The notes under the pieces were generated by a model. That model did not search any database. It worked only from the letters and a program-made list of their open reading frames with translations, and was not told the DNA's origin. A DNA stretch of 63,133 bases, counting the filler, from Octopus bimaculoides (taxonomy: Eukaryota), in NCBI RefSeq assembly GCF_001194135.2. It is 6 parts of 5 records of this genome, joined end to end, with 100 filler letters (N's around TTAATTAATTAA, not from the genome) between each part and the next. Parts side by side here need not be neighbours in the genome. Positions count along the whole stretch, not along the records: positions 1 to 14,652 come from NC_068997.1; positions 14,753 to 19,878 come from NC_068995.1; positions 19,979 to 34,953 come from NC_068987.1; 3 more parts are not named here. One strand, written 5' to 3'. A program made the translations under genes and the position numbers. Positions within the stretch are counted from its first letter, which is position 1. Each line of letters starts with the position of its first letter. Shown one piece after another: positions 12,634-25,598 of this stretch.

Positions 12634-13489
12634 ATGAGGAGAAGGATGTGTGTATGTGGCATGTGTTTGAAAGCATTCCACTGACAGTGCTAAATTCAAG
12701 ACTTTCCATAAGTGTCACTAAAAGATGGAAGAGTTTCCTTGCATTCACTTATACTAAGAGACATAATACGAAGTCAGAGTTACTAAAGAGTACTTTCCAA
12801 AATGCAAGGGGTAGTCTTATGATAAGGACGCTCAAGGCTCCAGAAATAGCAGCCAAATTTTTTTTCTAAGATTAGACCCTGACATCTTAAGAAAGGAATA
12901 ATATTTTAGATAATGTTATCTTAGAAAAAACAATGTCTATGTAAAGAAAAAGAAAAATGACATGATGGTAAAACCGGTAATGCCTTTCTATAGTGAGACT
13001 TGACTCATACAGCAACACAAATGTAAGTTTGTATTGTCTACAAGAAAAATTCCTTGACACTTAAGTGCTAATACACTTATACAACATAGCTGGTCCTAAA
13101 TATGTGGATTTTGTATGATTGGGTTATATACATCTCCGTCTGTATCCAAGCACATTTAGGTAGATTGCTTCATTGAGGGATCTATCTAACATGTAGATCT
13201 TTCGTGTAAATATTTTTATGATTGTCATATATTATCTCCTCCGTTCTCGTTTTATAGTTCTGGCAATTCTATAAAAGAAAAAAGAAAAGAAGGAGAACGA
13301 AAAATGCAGTTATAACTATAATTTTAATAATGTGATTAGTATCAAAATGTCAGAAATATTTACTGCAATTAATATATTACAGCATGCTATTTTATATTTA
13401 CCGAAAATATATTTCCTTCTTGCTTATAACAACTACTACTCCTCCATAAAGCAACGATATCTCAGTGTCTTTAATTGATAAGTCTGTTG

Positions 13490-13682
13490 TTCTTACTGTA
13501 GTGGATATGCTTCGGCAAAATTCTTTTCGTTCGTCTTTACTTTACGAGTTCAAATTCTGCCGACGTCAACTCTACCGTTCATATTTTCGGGCCCGATAAA
13601 ATAAGTACCAGTTGAGCATGGTATTGATGTAATCAATTTACCCCTGCTCTCGAAACTGCTGGTCTTGTGCTAAAATTTGAAA
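13490..13682 (+). mobile_element. SINE family A (decayed), ~430 bp upstream of the Post2 exon
   Basis: ttacgagttcaaattctgccgacgtcaac...cccgataaaataagtaccagttgagc. Confidence 0.7.
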
Positions 13683-13868
13683 TCATCATCATCACATTAT
13701 TTACATTATTTACATTTAACGAATATTTGTTCCCATCTTGTGTTTTGTTAACACAACGTTTCGGCTGATATACCCTCCAGCCTTCATCCGGAAAATGTAA
13801 ATAATGTAAACAATGTAAATATGTACATAATTCCTCGTCTCTTAAATATAGAACTGTATCATCATCAC

Positions 13869-13904
<36 letters not shown>

Positions 13905-14084
13905 TATTATTATTATTATTATTATTATTGTTATTATTATATGCAAAACAAATGAAAAACAATGATTAAAAACTATACGTGAACACATATGTCCGTGTAT
14001 ATGCATGTATATGTGTAAGTGTGTGTGTATGTATGTAATTTCTAATTATCTCTCATTTCCTAAATGCAATTATTTAATTTCGCT

Positions 14085-14110
14085 ATTTTCTCTCCGTTTC
14101 TCTTCCACAG
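14085..14110 (+). promoter_or_regulatory. 3' splice acceptor (phase 1) of the Post2 homeobox exon
   Basis: ttttctctccgtttctcttccacag|aa acg aaa ggt: strong pyrimidine tract plus CAG, 8 nt before homeodomain codon 1. Confidence 0.85.
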
Positions 14111-14352
14111 AAACGAAAGGTCGGAAGAAACGCAAACCTTACACACGATATCAGACGATGGTATTAGAAAATGAATTCTTAAACAGTTCTTACATAACGC
14201 GCCAAAAACGGTGGGAAATTTCCTGTAAGTTACAATTGACTGAAAGGCAAGTAAAAGTCTGGTTTCAAAACAGACGCATGAAACGTAAGAAGCTCAATGA
14301 GCGTGCGAAAGCGCGGTTACGTGAAGACCAGGAGAACAAGGACCAAGCGTAA
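14111..14352 (+). CDS. Post2: Terminal coding exon of posterior Hox gene Post2 (complete homeodomain at 14119-14298 plus short C-terminal tail); 5' exon(s) not located
   Basis: Translation (E)[79 protein letters not shown]. It has the helix-3 WFQNRR and the Abd-B-class RKKRKPY arm. [19 protein letters not shown] and the LNERAK extension are features I recognise as lophotrochozoan Post2 rather than Post1. A polypyrimidine tract and CAG acceptor precede it; stop TAA at 14350-14352. The ORF-track start at 14005 is intronic. Confidence 0.93.
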
Positions 14353-14652
14353 AGATATTTTTTTGGCGGCGGGGGGAGTCACAAACGAACATCGATGACA
14401 TTATTGAAAGTTCTTACAAAACAAAGAGGAACTTTCTAATGTCACATATTCCAAATTTTTTGCAATGATCAATTTCTGGCACGAATATAATTTTATGTGT
14501 GGATTCCTTGCAGAAAAATTTACGATTCCAAGCATGAGAAGGAATTAAGGATGAAATGACACCAACAAAGGATCTTAACGGATAAACAGAGTGTAAGAAA
14601 AGTGTGCAAGAGTGGTAGTAAGGGGAGGCGAGTGAGAAAAATATATATACAT

Positions 14653-14752
14653 NNNNNNNNNNNNNNNNNNNNNNNNNNNNNNNNNNNNNNNNNNNNTTAA
14701 TTAATTAANNNNNNNNNNNNNNNNNNNNNNNNNNNNNNNNNNNNNNNNNNNN
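14653..14752. other. Artificial scaffold-join linker 1
   Basis: 44 N + TTAATTAATTAA + 44 N. Confidence 0.92.
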
Positions 14753-14771
14753 TATATATATATATATATAC

Positions 14772-14802
<31 letters not shown>

Positions 14803-17096
14803 TGTATGTATGTATAGCTATTTCCAACAATGTTAACAGTGTGAATGGATGAATGCCTTGAAATATATTACATTATATGGAATTGGTAATTTCACACATC
14901 CATGGTTAGATTACAACTTGTTCCAAGGTTAGCTGCACCGTTTATCTTTCCCAGTTGATAACGAAACTACAAGACATGATTAACTTAATTAAATCAACTG
15001 ATCCCCTTGTGTCCTGATATGCAAGTATATGGCCTGGTTCAAGCAAAGTTAATCAATAATTTATGTATCCATATTAATGAATGATGAGGGAAACATGCAT
15101 ATATGTTTTAAGCCCAAAGGTAAATCAGAGTGTAAAAATATATCATCTCCGGCCTGTAAATATGTCTTTCCATATCTGTTTATCAACGTCTGCTACCACA
15201 GAAATTGGTGATGATGAGTAAATGACTCAAATATAGGCTTACAAACAAAAGGAAGACGTTAGATCCAGTTACTATGGTGCTATTTCTAACCTATCACATA
15301 ACTTACTGTGTTGTTTGCCAACCTATTTCTTCTATAAAAATGTAAATAATTTCTTTCAAAACGGATACATGGAATGTAAAATGGAAACTGTTGTAGTTAC
15401 ATAAAATCTGTATCGATTTTTTTTATTTATTTAGTAAAAACGAACCAAGGAACTGATATTCGACGCCATTCTTTTCTGGGACTCGCTGTTCGAGGAAATT
15501 AGCTTCTCTTGTCAATTACTTGCGAAATCAAGATTTGCGACGCCTTCTAATAATGTTATCAAATCAAAATCAATAGTATGCGTGAGAAAGTTGTCCTTAG
15601 AATCATAACAAGAAATGTCTACGCTGAAGAGAAATCAGTGCATTGAACTAATCTGTAACACTTGATTATGTCGATTTATTACATGCATATAAAACAAATC
15701 TAAATGAGTCTCATTTTACGAAATATCAGATTATAAGAACCCAATGAAATGATCCAAAGTACGAGAATCATATATCGCAAGCATTAACTTGTTAACAATC
15801 GATCGAAATATTTCAAATGGAAAAAGAAATACAAATATTCTCCTGATATCTTTCAAACTTTATCGCATTGAATAATAAATAGGTTAGTCAGCATTACAAA
15901 ATAGGAAGTGCAGATCTATGTATAAATCAAAACTGCTAACAATCCAGGCAAATGTGTATAATACACGCACTGACACACACATAATATANNNNNNNNNNNN
16001 NNNNNNNNNNNNNNNNNNNNNNNNNNNNNNNNNNNNATATATATATATATATATATACATACATTTACATATATATACACATATATACACACACATACAT
16101 ATATTAGAAACAAGTTAAAAATAACGGTCATATTATTCCTTCATTGGAGCAGATTTGGCTTACAGCTGTTTCCAGTAGTCATTATAGGTACATTATTGAT
16201 ATGGTTACTAAAAAATTGGTTTGTTGATCAATTCAGGCAAGGAAATTAATGCTACTTTCGTCACACCCCTTTCTGGATATAACAAGCAGACCACTGAGGG
16301 AATGACTATTGTGTGGGGAAGACGGGAGGATAAGATGGGAATGTTCAAGCAGAATAGAGAAAAGTAATAGGCATGTTACAAAGCGGCCGAAGAAGGCAAG
16401 AGAATAATACAGGAGTATTTGGAAGTGAACACTCTAAAACATCAGTCTTTGTAATCAGGTCAGCACCGATTACCACATTGCATATTCTCCAACCATTGTG
16501 GTGACATTTCTTATGGGTTTTTCGTGGATATGGTCTGGCTAAGTCAGTAATGTTCATTGCTTTAATCTAACATGGTGGGGGGAATGATGTTGGAAACTGA
16601 GTGAATACTATTTTTGGTAGTATTGCATACGTCATAAATGCTCTTATTATCCGGATATATATACTGAAAATTGTTGGCAATTCGATATAGATTCAGATTA
16701 ACCTCATTAGTCAGGTTTTAAAATTTAAACCAGTAAGAGGGTTATGGATTAAAATTTTAACTAGATTTAAGTGTTTCTAAAATTGGTATTAATGTAAACT
16801 AAGATATAAAGGGTTAGAGTAAATTTGCAGAGTAATGTGTTATACAAAAACAATTATGATGAAATGACAACATCAATATCCAAATCAATATCAACATCAA
16901 TAATATAAATATTAATTTGTCAATTTGTTCTTTTTGTACGTACCTGTCGTCTGTGTTACACTTACCTTAAAGAAGAAGTGAATGGCAAAGCATGAGAAAG
17001 GAGGACAGAGAGGAAGTAAGAGGGAAAGAGAGAAAGTGAGAGAGAAACAGAGAGAAGAAAGAGACAGTAAGAGAGGGAGAGAGAAAGAGAGAAAGG

Positions 17097-17130
<34 letters not shown>

Positions 17131-17616
17131 AAGAGAGATTGAAGGAGATAGTAAGTGGTGACGGCGTTCGTTTGTGTTTTTAAATGTTTCAGAGAAGACA
17201 GGAAAAGAGAGTGAGAGAGAGAAAGAGAGAGAGAGAGAGATTAGAAACTTACTTGGAGGCAATGCGTGGCGTTCGATCATATAATAACAGAGAGAGAGTG
17301 AAAGAGACAGTGAGTGATGACGGCTTTCGTTTTGTGTTTTTTAAATGTTTATGGCATCGCAAGCAAAGTAGATACATAGATACATACACACACTGTTACA
17401 TTAAAAGCGGGAGAGAGGAGAAACACAGAGGAAGTGAATGAGAATACGAGAAAGTGAGAGAGACACTAGATACATAGATCCCAAAAAGTCGATACAGAGA
17501 TATATATGTGTATGTGTGTGTATGGGTGTATATATGTATAGATATATGTATGCATGTATATATGTGTACATATTACATGTACATCTGTATATATATATAC
17601 ATCTATATGTATACAC

Positions 17617-17692
<76 letters not shown>

Positions 17693-17889
17693 ATGGAAAC
17701 ATTTGTGCAGATATACATATGCACGTATACATGTATATATGCGTGTATGCCTGTATATATGTGAGAGTATAGTTTCACTGCAGTAGATTCAGTATGAAAA
17801 TGAAACCATTAAAGTGAAAGCATTTGACATGAGTGTTTTTGTTTCAATTTTGACACGTAATACTTAAATAGTGGACGAGATATTATGTT

Positions 17890-18065
17890 GATGTGGGCTC
17901 AAACTATGCAAGAAGTTAAAAATTATTTTGACTAAAACACAACCGGGACCCTAAGTAAGTCATGTGTAAAATTTGAATGAAATTGGTTGTGCAAGTCTCG
18001 AGTTTTAGGGATTCATACAGACACACACACACACACATACATTCTCATTTATATATATATATAGA
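17890..18065 (+). mobile_element. Possible Helentron/DINE-1-like non-autonomous element end
   Basis: aaatttgaatgaaattggttg...ctcgagtttt...cagac(ac)n...tatatatatagat layout recalls DINE-1/HINE ends. Family assignment is from memory only. Confidence 0.3.
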
Positions 18066-19713
18066 TGATTGAATTAGAATTTGTCATATACAAACACACA
18101 CGCGCGCGCATATATATTACAATACATGTATTTGGTTTGACTTATGTATATATATACTTATAACCAGTTGAAGTCTGGAATAATCTTCAGATTTTCAGTG
18201 TCACCCATAACTTTGTTCTCGCAAGAGTTTTATAAAGGCAATTGCATAATAAGAATTTAAATCTGAAGAATGTATTTACAGTCGGCAGATTACTTTTCAA
18301 GTTGGTATACATGTTTTCTGTTTATTTTATTGCTGAATTTACCTCACTGGCTGATAGATAATTAATTTACACTGGTTTGCAAAAATTTTCTTTCCTCCAG
18401 ATAGTACGAAACGCGTTTGTGGCGCCCTTTAACTGAGATTTTGACGTTAATATTCCACAAGTACACTTTCATATTATGGCGGATATGCCTTCTACATAAC
18501 TATAACATTTGGTCTCCAGAACGTTTGCTTTCACAAATACCATCGCATATTTTGCTGAACTACATCTTATATCTTATATAGATAGTTACTCTTAAAATTT
18601 ATTTGAGCAGGTGCCTACGATATGAGTACCAACGACACTGAAAAACTATACCGTTTAAAGTGAAAGCTAGTAAAAGTATTTAATTTAATACGTGTTATAC
18701 TAGTTATTTATGAAGCTGCTAATCTGTAATTTGCCCATAAAAAGAAATCTTGCAGTAAAGTTGCCTAATTTCTGGGGGTGAGTAATCACGGTCGTTATTT
18801 TGGAAATACTTTCTGGGGAGCTCGTTTCCAACTCCATGATGTAATTTGACCCATGTATGCAAACTCAAACTATATTAATTCCCTGCTGTGTAAGGGGATT
18901 AGTAGATGCTTTATTATGCGATTTTCGAAGGATCATTCACTTGATACTAAGCCTTTAGTTGAATTTAGTTGAAGATAGATGATCTAGTATCTTACTCATT
19001 GTAGACATTCCCGATGGTGGTTTTATCTTTGATGTCACAAATATCATACACATTTCAAAAGAATGATCCAACTGAAAGCAGAAGTAATGGTAGAGCTGAA
19101 ACATCTTGGGGTATCTGATTAATTATGTCAAGAGAGATCTGGAAAACGTATTTTTACATATTTTAATATTAATTGAGAAATCTGGAAAACATATCTTTAC
19201 ATATAATAATATTAATTAAGGAATCTGGAAAATATTTTTACATACAGTAATATTAATTCCTAAGATACGTCACAATTGCCATAGAAAAGAATATATATGT
19301 TCATCTATATCTATGCACCTGTGGTTTTCCACGTCGAGAACAACAAACAAAGATCATTGACAGAAATATTATTAGTGTAGGCTTTATGTATGCATATATA
19401 TAAGCATGTACATATGTTAATTCATGTAGTTTGTCATCAATGATAAAAGAGCAGGTTTATAATCTAGAAACAATATTTTCACAATTTAAGTTAATAACTT
19501 TCTCCCTCTTCGTCCTACTGTTCGTACTGCTCCTCAAACTCCTCGTTATTATCACCATATGGGGAGTCATGTATATATGAATATACTTTTGCTTCTCGAC
19601 ATGAATGCATGCACAAACTCGTGGAATCAATCAAAGTCATGTATGTATGTATGTATGTATGTATGCATGTATGTATGTATTTATGTGTGTATGTATGTAA
19701 CTATGTATGTATT

Positions 19714-19757
<44 letters not shown>

Positions 19758-19878
19758 AGAAAGTTGGTATGTGAAAGCACGTGGTTGGATGTATAGAAGA
19801 TAATAAGAGTGAAAAACTACAGAAGGCTTGTGTTACATGGTTAAAGTATATATTTAAATTATGTCAGAAAAATGTTAG

Positions 19879-19978
19879 NNNNNNNNNNNNNNNNNNNNNN
19901 NNNNNNNNNNNNNNNNNNNNNNTTAATTAATTAANNNNNNNNNNNNNNNNNNNNNNNNNNNNNNNNNNNNNNNNNNNN
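19879..19978. other. Artificial scaffold-join linker 2
   Basis: Same 100-bp structure. Confidence 0.92.
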
Positions 19979-20140
19979 GCTTAACAACCAATGTTGGTTT
20001 GTTTACGTCCCCGTACCTTAGCGGTTCGGCAAAAGAGACCGATAGAATAAGTACTAGGCTTACAAAGAATAAGTCCTGGGGTCGATTTGTTCAACTAAAG
20101 GCGGTGCTCTAGCACGACTGAAATAAGTAAAAGAATAAAA
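19979..20140 (+). mobile_element. SINE family B, 3' part
   Basis: gtttacgtccccgtaccttagcggttcggcaaaagagaccgatagaataagtactagg. Confidence 0.8.
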
Positions 20141-20647
20141 GAATATATATTTATGTGTGTGTGTGTGTGTGTTTATATGTACATGTGTATGTGTATACAT
20201 GAATATATTAATATATTACGCACATACATATTTAGATGTACATAAATGTATATGTATGTGTGTATGTATGTATGTATGTATGTATGTATGTATACAAATA
20301 TACATATACATGTATATATAAATACATGTATTTATTTCCGCCAACCTATCTACAATTCTAGCTATCTAACTCTATATCTTTCTAAATTTCTATCTACTAT
20401 TTTTACACATACACACATACACACGTGTGTGTGTATACTTTTACTCTAGTCTTCTATGATGTTCCCATTCATTTCATTGTCCTATTTCTCCTCTGAATCC
20501 AATTACATATTGCGTATATAACTAAGAATTCTAGGCGAATGTAAACAAATGCCTGTATAATTTTTCGTTGAACAGAAAATAGGATCTGTCTAACTCGTTT
20601 CGCTTCTATTGGAGAGTTTTTATTAGGAACCATGCAACTGTCTGTTA

Positions 20648-21075
20648 GGCGTGGCTGTGTAGTTAAGAAGCTTGCATCTCAATCGTGTGGGCTTAGGTTC
20701 AGTCCAGTTGTGCTGCACCTTGGGCAAGAGTCTCTTCTACTATAGACCGAGGCCGACGAAAGCTCCGTGAGTGGTTTTGATAGACGGAAACTGAAAGTAG
20801 CTTATGTGTGAGTGTGTATTTGTGTGTGTGTATGTTTGTGTACGTGTGTGTATGTATATATGTGTATATGTGTGTGCGTGTCTTTGTATTCGTGTTTATC
20901 TCCCGCCACCGCTTGACAACTGTTGTTGGTTTGTTTACGTCACCGTGACTTAGCGACTCGACAAAAGATACCGATAGAATGAGTACCAGGTGTGAATATA
21001 AATACTGGGGTCGATTTGTTCGACTAAACCCTCCAAAGCAGTCCCCCCCCACGCCCATAGCCGCCATTCTATAAC
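20648..21075 (+). mobile_element. SINE family B (full length)
   Basis: ggcgtggctgtgtagttaagaagc...ccttgggcaag...(tg)n...gtttacgtcaccgtgacttagcg. Confidence 0.8.
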
Positions 21076-21174
21076 TCAAACAAGCGAAAGAAAACAAAAG
21101 GTAAACGAGATCCTTCCAAAATGAAACTGGACTTTTAAAACAGCCCAGCAACCAGTCAGTGGCTATTATCAAGC

Positions 21175-21395
21175 ATTTAGTCTAAGACGGCAAAATGTCA
21201 GAATCCTTAGAGCGTCGGAAAATGCAGTATTTCTTCCTGCTCTTTGTATTCCGAGTTCCAATCGCACCGAGGTCGATATTGCCTTTCATCCTTTCGGGGT
21301 CAATAAAAGAAGTGCCAGTCGAGTACTGTAATCGATGTAATTGAATAACCCCTTCTCCAAAATTTCAGGCCTTGGACCTATTGAGAAAGAATTAT
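21175..21395 (+). mobile_element. SINE family A
   Basis: taagacggcaaaatgtcagaatccttag...ccgaggtcgatattgcctttcatcctttcggggtc. Confidence 0.7.
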
Positions 21396-21864
21396 TAAAC
21401 CGTCAATCTAAGGTGGCATGATGACAGAATCCTTAGAGCGTCCGTATTTCTACCCCTAAAGACGCAATCTAGGGTGCAACATAAAACGAAGCTACACGTT
21501 GTTAAGAGCAGTGTATCCATAGTGGAGTGGATTATTTTGAAAGAGACAAGGCTGTTTAAATTTTAAGTAAAAGCAACCAACATATTTTTAGAAAAAGTTC
21601 GGACTGTCCTCATATTTACTGCAATTATGAAATTCGCTAAACAGGAAAACCCGATTTGCACAAACAGCATATTACTAGCAGATAGCTCACTTGATTAATT
21701 ACTGACACACTTAAAGAAATGTGCTTCTAAGACTGTAATTGTACTATAGGTTGAATTTATGGTAGTAGTACAAGGTTTTTTAGCTTATACTTCATGTGTA
21801 ATATGATACAACCGGCAGATGTAAAGAAATACTTCTTTTTGGGGTTTATATGTATATGTATACG

Positions 21865-21932
<68 letters not shown>

Positions 21933-22241
21933 TGTGTGTGTGCGTGCGTGTGGGTATGTGTCTGTCTGTCTGTCTGTCTGTCTCTGTCTATTGTGGGTGT
22001 GTTGTGGGTGTGTGTACGGAAACATCGACAACGACGAGATACCAAAAAATGACATTCTGCTACTTTCTCTTCTAGGTCTCGCCTTACGCACCTCTCTTTT
22101 CCATCTTCTTCCTTCTCTCTATCGCTCCTTTCTCACACTCTTCCTTCTGCCACTTACCGCCTTTATTCACATTCCTCCTACCTCAACTTTGACTCCTCCT
22201 CTCGTTTTTCTTTCGCCCTCTTTCTCTCTCTCTCTCTCTCT

Positions 22242-22273
<32 letters not shown>

Positions 22274-22654
22274 GTTGTTTTTTGTTGTTGATGTCATTGA
22301 TGCCAAGGCTATCTCTGACATCGTTGTACCCTGTTGTTGTTGTTGTTGTTGTTATAATTGTTGTTTAGCACAGGTCTGTATGTCTCCATTGAGCTGATCA
22401 TAAAATAACGCCATTCCAGTTATGACCATCATCTCATCTTATTTCTGATATAGTATATTTAGCATCAGGTTACCACCTTCGTCCTTCATGTTTAAGAAGA
22501 AAGAATGTAATTTTTAAGGAGAATTGGCTGCTAATTCGAGTAGATCGAATGACCACATTGCTGGATTCATTGCTGAAAGCTATCATTGTCTTTGTTGTCC
22601 ATTGGCATTGCCAAACAGATTTCATTTTTGTCCGTCGTGCACCACATCTAGTTG

Positions 22655-22675
22655 TCTTCGTCGTCATCATCATCC

Positions 22676-22710
<35 letters not shown>

Positions 22711-23000
22711 TTCATCATTACCACTACCTTCACCATCATGATCATCACCATCGCCAGCATCATCATCCCACCTATCAACATTATCATGAGCATCATAATC
22801 ATCACGATCATTATCAACATTACCACCGTAATCATTATCGTCGTCGTCGGCGTCGCCACCACTACTATCACCACCACAACCACCACCACCACCACCACCA
22901 TCACCACAACCAACACCATCATCATCAGCCCTACCACCATTATCACCACCACCATCATCAATGTTATCATCATTATATTCATCAGCATTATCAGCTTATT
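22655..23000. repeat. Compound (CAT/CAC)n trinucleotide tract
   Basis: Low complexity; gives spurious poly-His/Ile/Met ORFs. Confidence 0.9.
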
Positions 23001-23060
23001 CTATATTCCATCCTATTCCTCTACCTATATACCTCAATTTTAATGCGTATTAGTCAATAT

Positions 23061-23100
<40 letters not shown>

Positions 23101-23152
23101 AAACAACAAAGCGAAAATGGAAGACAAACATTATAAAACAAAAGATAGATAT

Positions 23153-23219
<67 letters not shown>

Positions 23220-23344
23220 AATAATCGAGTAGATAAACAGTAGAGAGGTGAACGACCGATGGATATTGTTTCACTACAAATATTTTTACTCCAAAACTAG
23301 CAAACATCAAGGAAACTCATATTTCTTTGTTAGCAGCCAAAACG

Positions 23345-23830
23345 GAGACATGTGAAGACAGAAGATGACGAAGATGTGAAGTCAGCAGACGACATGGATG
23401 GAAACATGTTAAATTAGCAAACATCTTAGAAAAACGTGAAATCAGCAGATGGTATAAAAGACATATGACGTTTGATGACATATGCCATCGAAATCAAGAG
23501 ATAAAGATGTGAAGTTAGCAGACGACAAAGACGTGATGTCAACAGACGACTAAAAAACATGTGAAATCAGATGATGATAAAAAAAGATGTGAAGTAAGCA
23601 GACAACATGGAGACATATAGAGCCAGCACACATCACAGAAATATGTGAAATTAGCTGGTGTCAAAGAAATATGTGAAATTAGAAGACGACTGATAAACGA
23701 ATGAAATCAACAGATTAGAAAACAAACGAAATCAGCAGATGAATCAAGATTTGAAGTAGGGAGACTATAACGAAGGCTGTGAAGTAGGCAGAAGACAAAA
23801 AAGGACATAAAGTTAGAAAACCACAAGACA
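23345..23830. repeat. Degenerate minisatellite (~25-30-bp unit, core gatgtgaa(g/a)t(c/t)agcaga)
   Basis: More than a dozen imperfect repeats of the core, seen by eye. Confidence 0.75.
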
Positions 23831-23859
23831 TCTATCAGTTATTGACAATTCTGAGTGAG

Positions 23860-24035
23860 TGACAGAGAGAAGAATCGACTCAGTGCCTCAGTTCTTTATT
23901 ACAATATTTATAAATCCCGAAAGGATAGAAGACAAAGTTGATTTCGACAGGATTTGAGCACAGAGCGAAGACAGCCGAAACAAACATCGCACAGCATTCT
24001 ATCAGATGCTCTCACGACTCTGTTAATTCGCCATC
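23860..24035 (-). mobile_element. SINE family A (highly decayed)
   Basis: atcccgaaaggatagaagacaaagttgatttcgacaggatttgagc. Confidence 0.55.
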
Positions 24036-24329
24036 TTCTCTCATTTTTAATCCATCAAGATAATCCAACTTAATGAACCTGCAATGAACCTGGATATTAA
24101 AAATATTTTAGACGGTCAGTAAGATAAGTATCAAACATTTTGTCTACATTTTTGAAATATGGAATTATAATTTTACTTGGTTATATTCAGATTAATGTTC
24201 TCATTTTGAATGTAATAGCCACAAATTTTAGGTCATAGTGTCTTCGGGCTTACAGAATAAAGTCATAGAAAATTTAAGTGTTGATTAAGTGACGAGTTAT
24301 CAGTGTAGTTGCTTGTGTACTGGGCAAGA

Positions 24330-24595
24330 ATTCAGTCTCTGAGTCAGTCACATCGATACATTCGATCATTCGACTAAAAAGTTCTTCAAGGCGGTGCCCC
24401 AGCATGGTCGCAGTCTGATGACTGAAACAAGGTCGTGTGGTAAGAAGCTTCCTTTCCAATCACATGGTTCCGGATTCAGTCTCACTGCGTGAAACCTTGG
24501 ATAAGTGTTTTCTGCTATAGCCTCGAGTCGACCAAAGCCTTGTGAGTGGATTTGGTAGACAGAAACTGAAAGACGGCCGTCGTATGTGCGTGTGT

Positions 24596-24627
<32 letters not shown>

Positions 24628-24845
24628 ACGCTTATATGTGTCTTTGTGTGTCTGTTTGTCCCCCACCATCGTTCGACAACCGATGTTGGTGTGTTTACGT
24701 CCCCGTAACCAAGTGAATCGGGAAAAAAATTGATAGAATAAGTACTAAACTTACAAAGAATAAGCCCTTGGGTCGATTTGTTCGGCTAAAGGCAGTGCTC
24801 CAGCATGGCCGTAGTAAAATGACTGAAAGAAGTAAAATAAAGAAT
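24330..24845 (+). mobile_element. Two tandem SINE family B copies (3' fragment plus full copy)
   Basis: ggcggtgccccagcatgg at ~24390, followed by a new head gtgtggtaagaagcttcc and a full body to ~24840. Confidence 0.8.
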
Positions 24846-24992
24846 GAAAGAATATATATAGTCAATCCAAACATGAACAAGCAAGAAAAAACAACAACGC
24901 GAGGACGTGGAATAAGTACAGTGTTATTGGACGCTCAGGAAAGGAAAGAGGATTTCATGTTTCGTGCGGAGCTCTTCATTAGNNNNNNNNNN

Positions 24993-25023
<31 letters not shown>

Positions 25024-25199
25024 TATTCTCACCCCCCCCCTTCCTTATCCTCCTCCTCTGTCACTAGGATTCCTTCCCTCTGTGTGTGTAGTGCATTCAT
25101 CTTGCACTTCTTATGTTAACTCTCTTTGTACATGCCTTTTACTTTATCTCTCCGTCTCTACTAAGGATGAACGCGTGACAGGAAAAATCAAATAACGTT

Positions 25200-25385
25200 T
25201 TAATCGGGCCATGCTGGGGCACCGGCTTGAATTTTTTTTAGTCTGATGTATCAACCTCAGTACTCTCTTTTCAAAGTCTGGTACTTATACTATCGGTCTC
25301 TTTTGCCGAACAGCTAGGTCATGGGGACGTAAACATACCAACACTGGTTGTCAAGCGGAGGAGGGGGACAAACGCAGATATGAAA

Positions 25386-25426
<41 letters not shown>

Positions 25427-25598
25427 CATTTACGACAGGCTTCTTTCAGTTTCCGTCGACCAAACCCACTCAGCGAGGCTTTCGTCAGCCTGAGGCTAAA
25501 GTAGAAGACACTTGCCCAAGGTGCCACGCAGTGGGACTGAACCTGGAACCAGGTGGTCGGGAAGCAAACTTTTAACCACACAGCCACTCCTGCGCATG
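25200..25598 (-). mobile_element. SINE family B (full length)
   Basis: Reverse complement including gacacttgcccaaggtgccacgcagtgggactgaacc. Confidence 0.85.

Noticed and set aside
14005-14110. N-terminal part of ORF 14005..14352 as Post2 coding sequence
   Set aside because: It is microsatellite-like sequence plus a polypyrimidine tract upstream of a strong acceptor, so it is intronic.
14697-14708. TTAATTAATTAA as a homeodomain site cluster next to Post2
   Set aside because: Always centred in an exact 44N/44N block, so it is an assembly linker.
16345-16557. Minus-strand ORF with NVVIGADLI, resembling a retroviral protease motif
   Set aside because: No catalytic DSG/DTG motif or other gag/pol context, so the similarity is too weak.
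22470-23156. Poly-His/Met/Ile ORFs (also 53341-54562, 59886-60332 and the many YI/CV/HT/RE ORFs)
   Set aside because: Translations of di- and trinucleotide microsatellites, open in several frames on both strands.
23345-23830. CRISPR-like array
   Set aside because: The repeats are degenerate, the spacers are short and related, there are no cas genes, and the context is eukaryotic.
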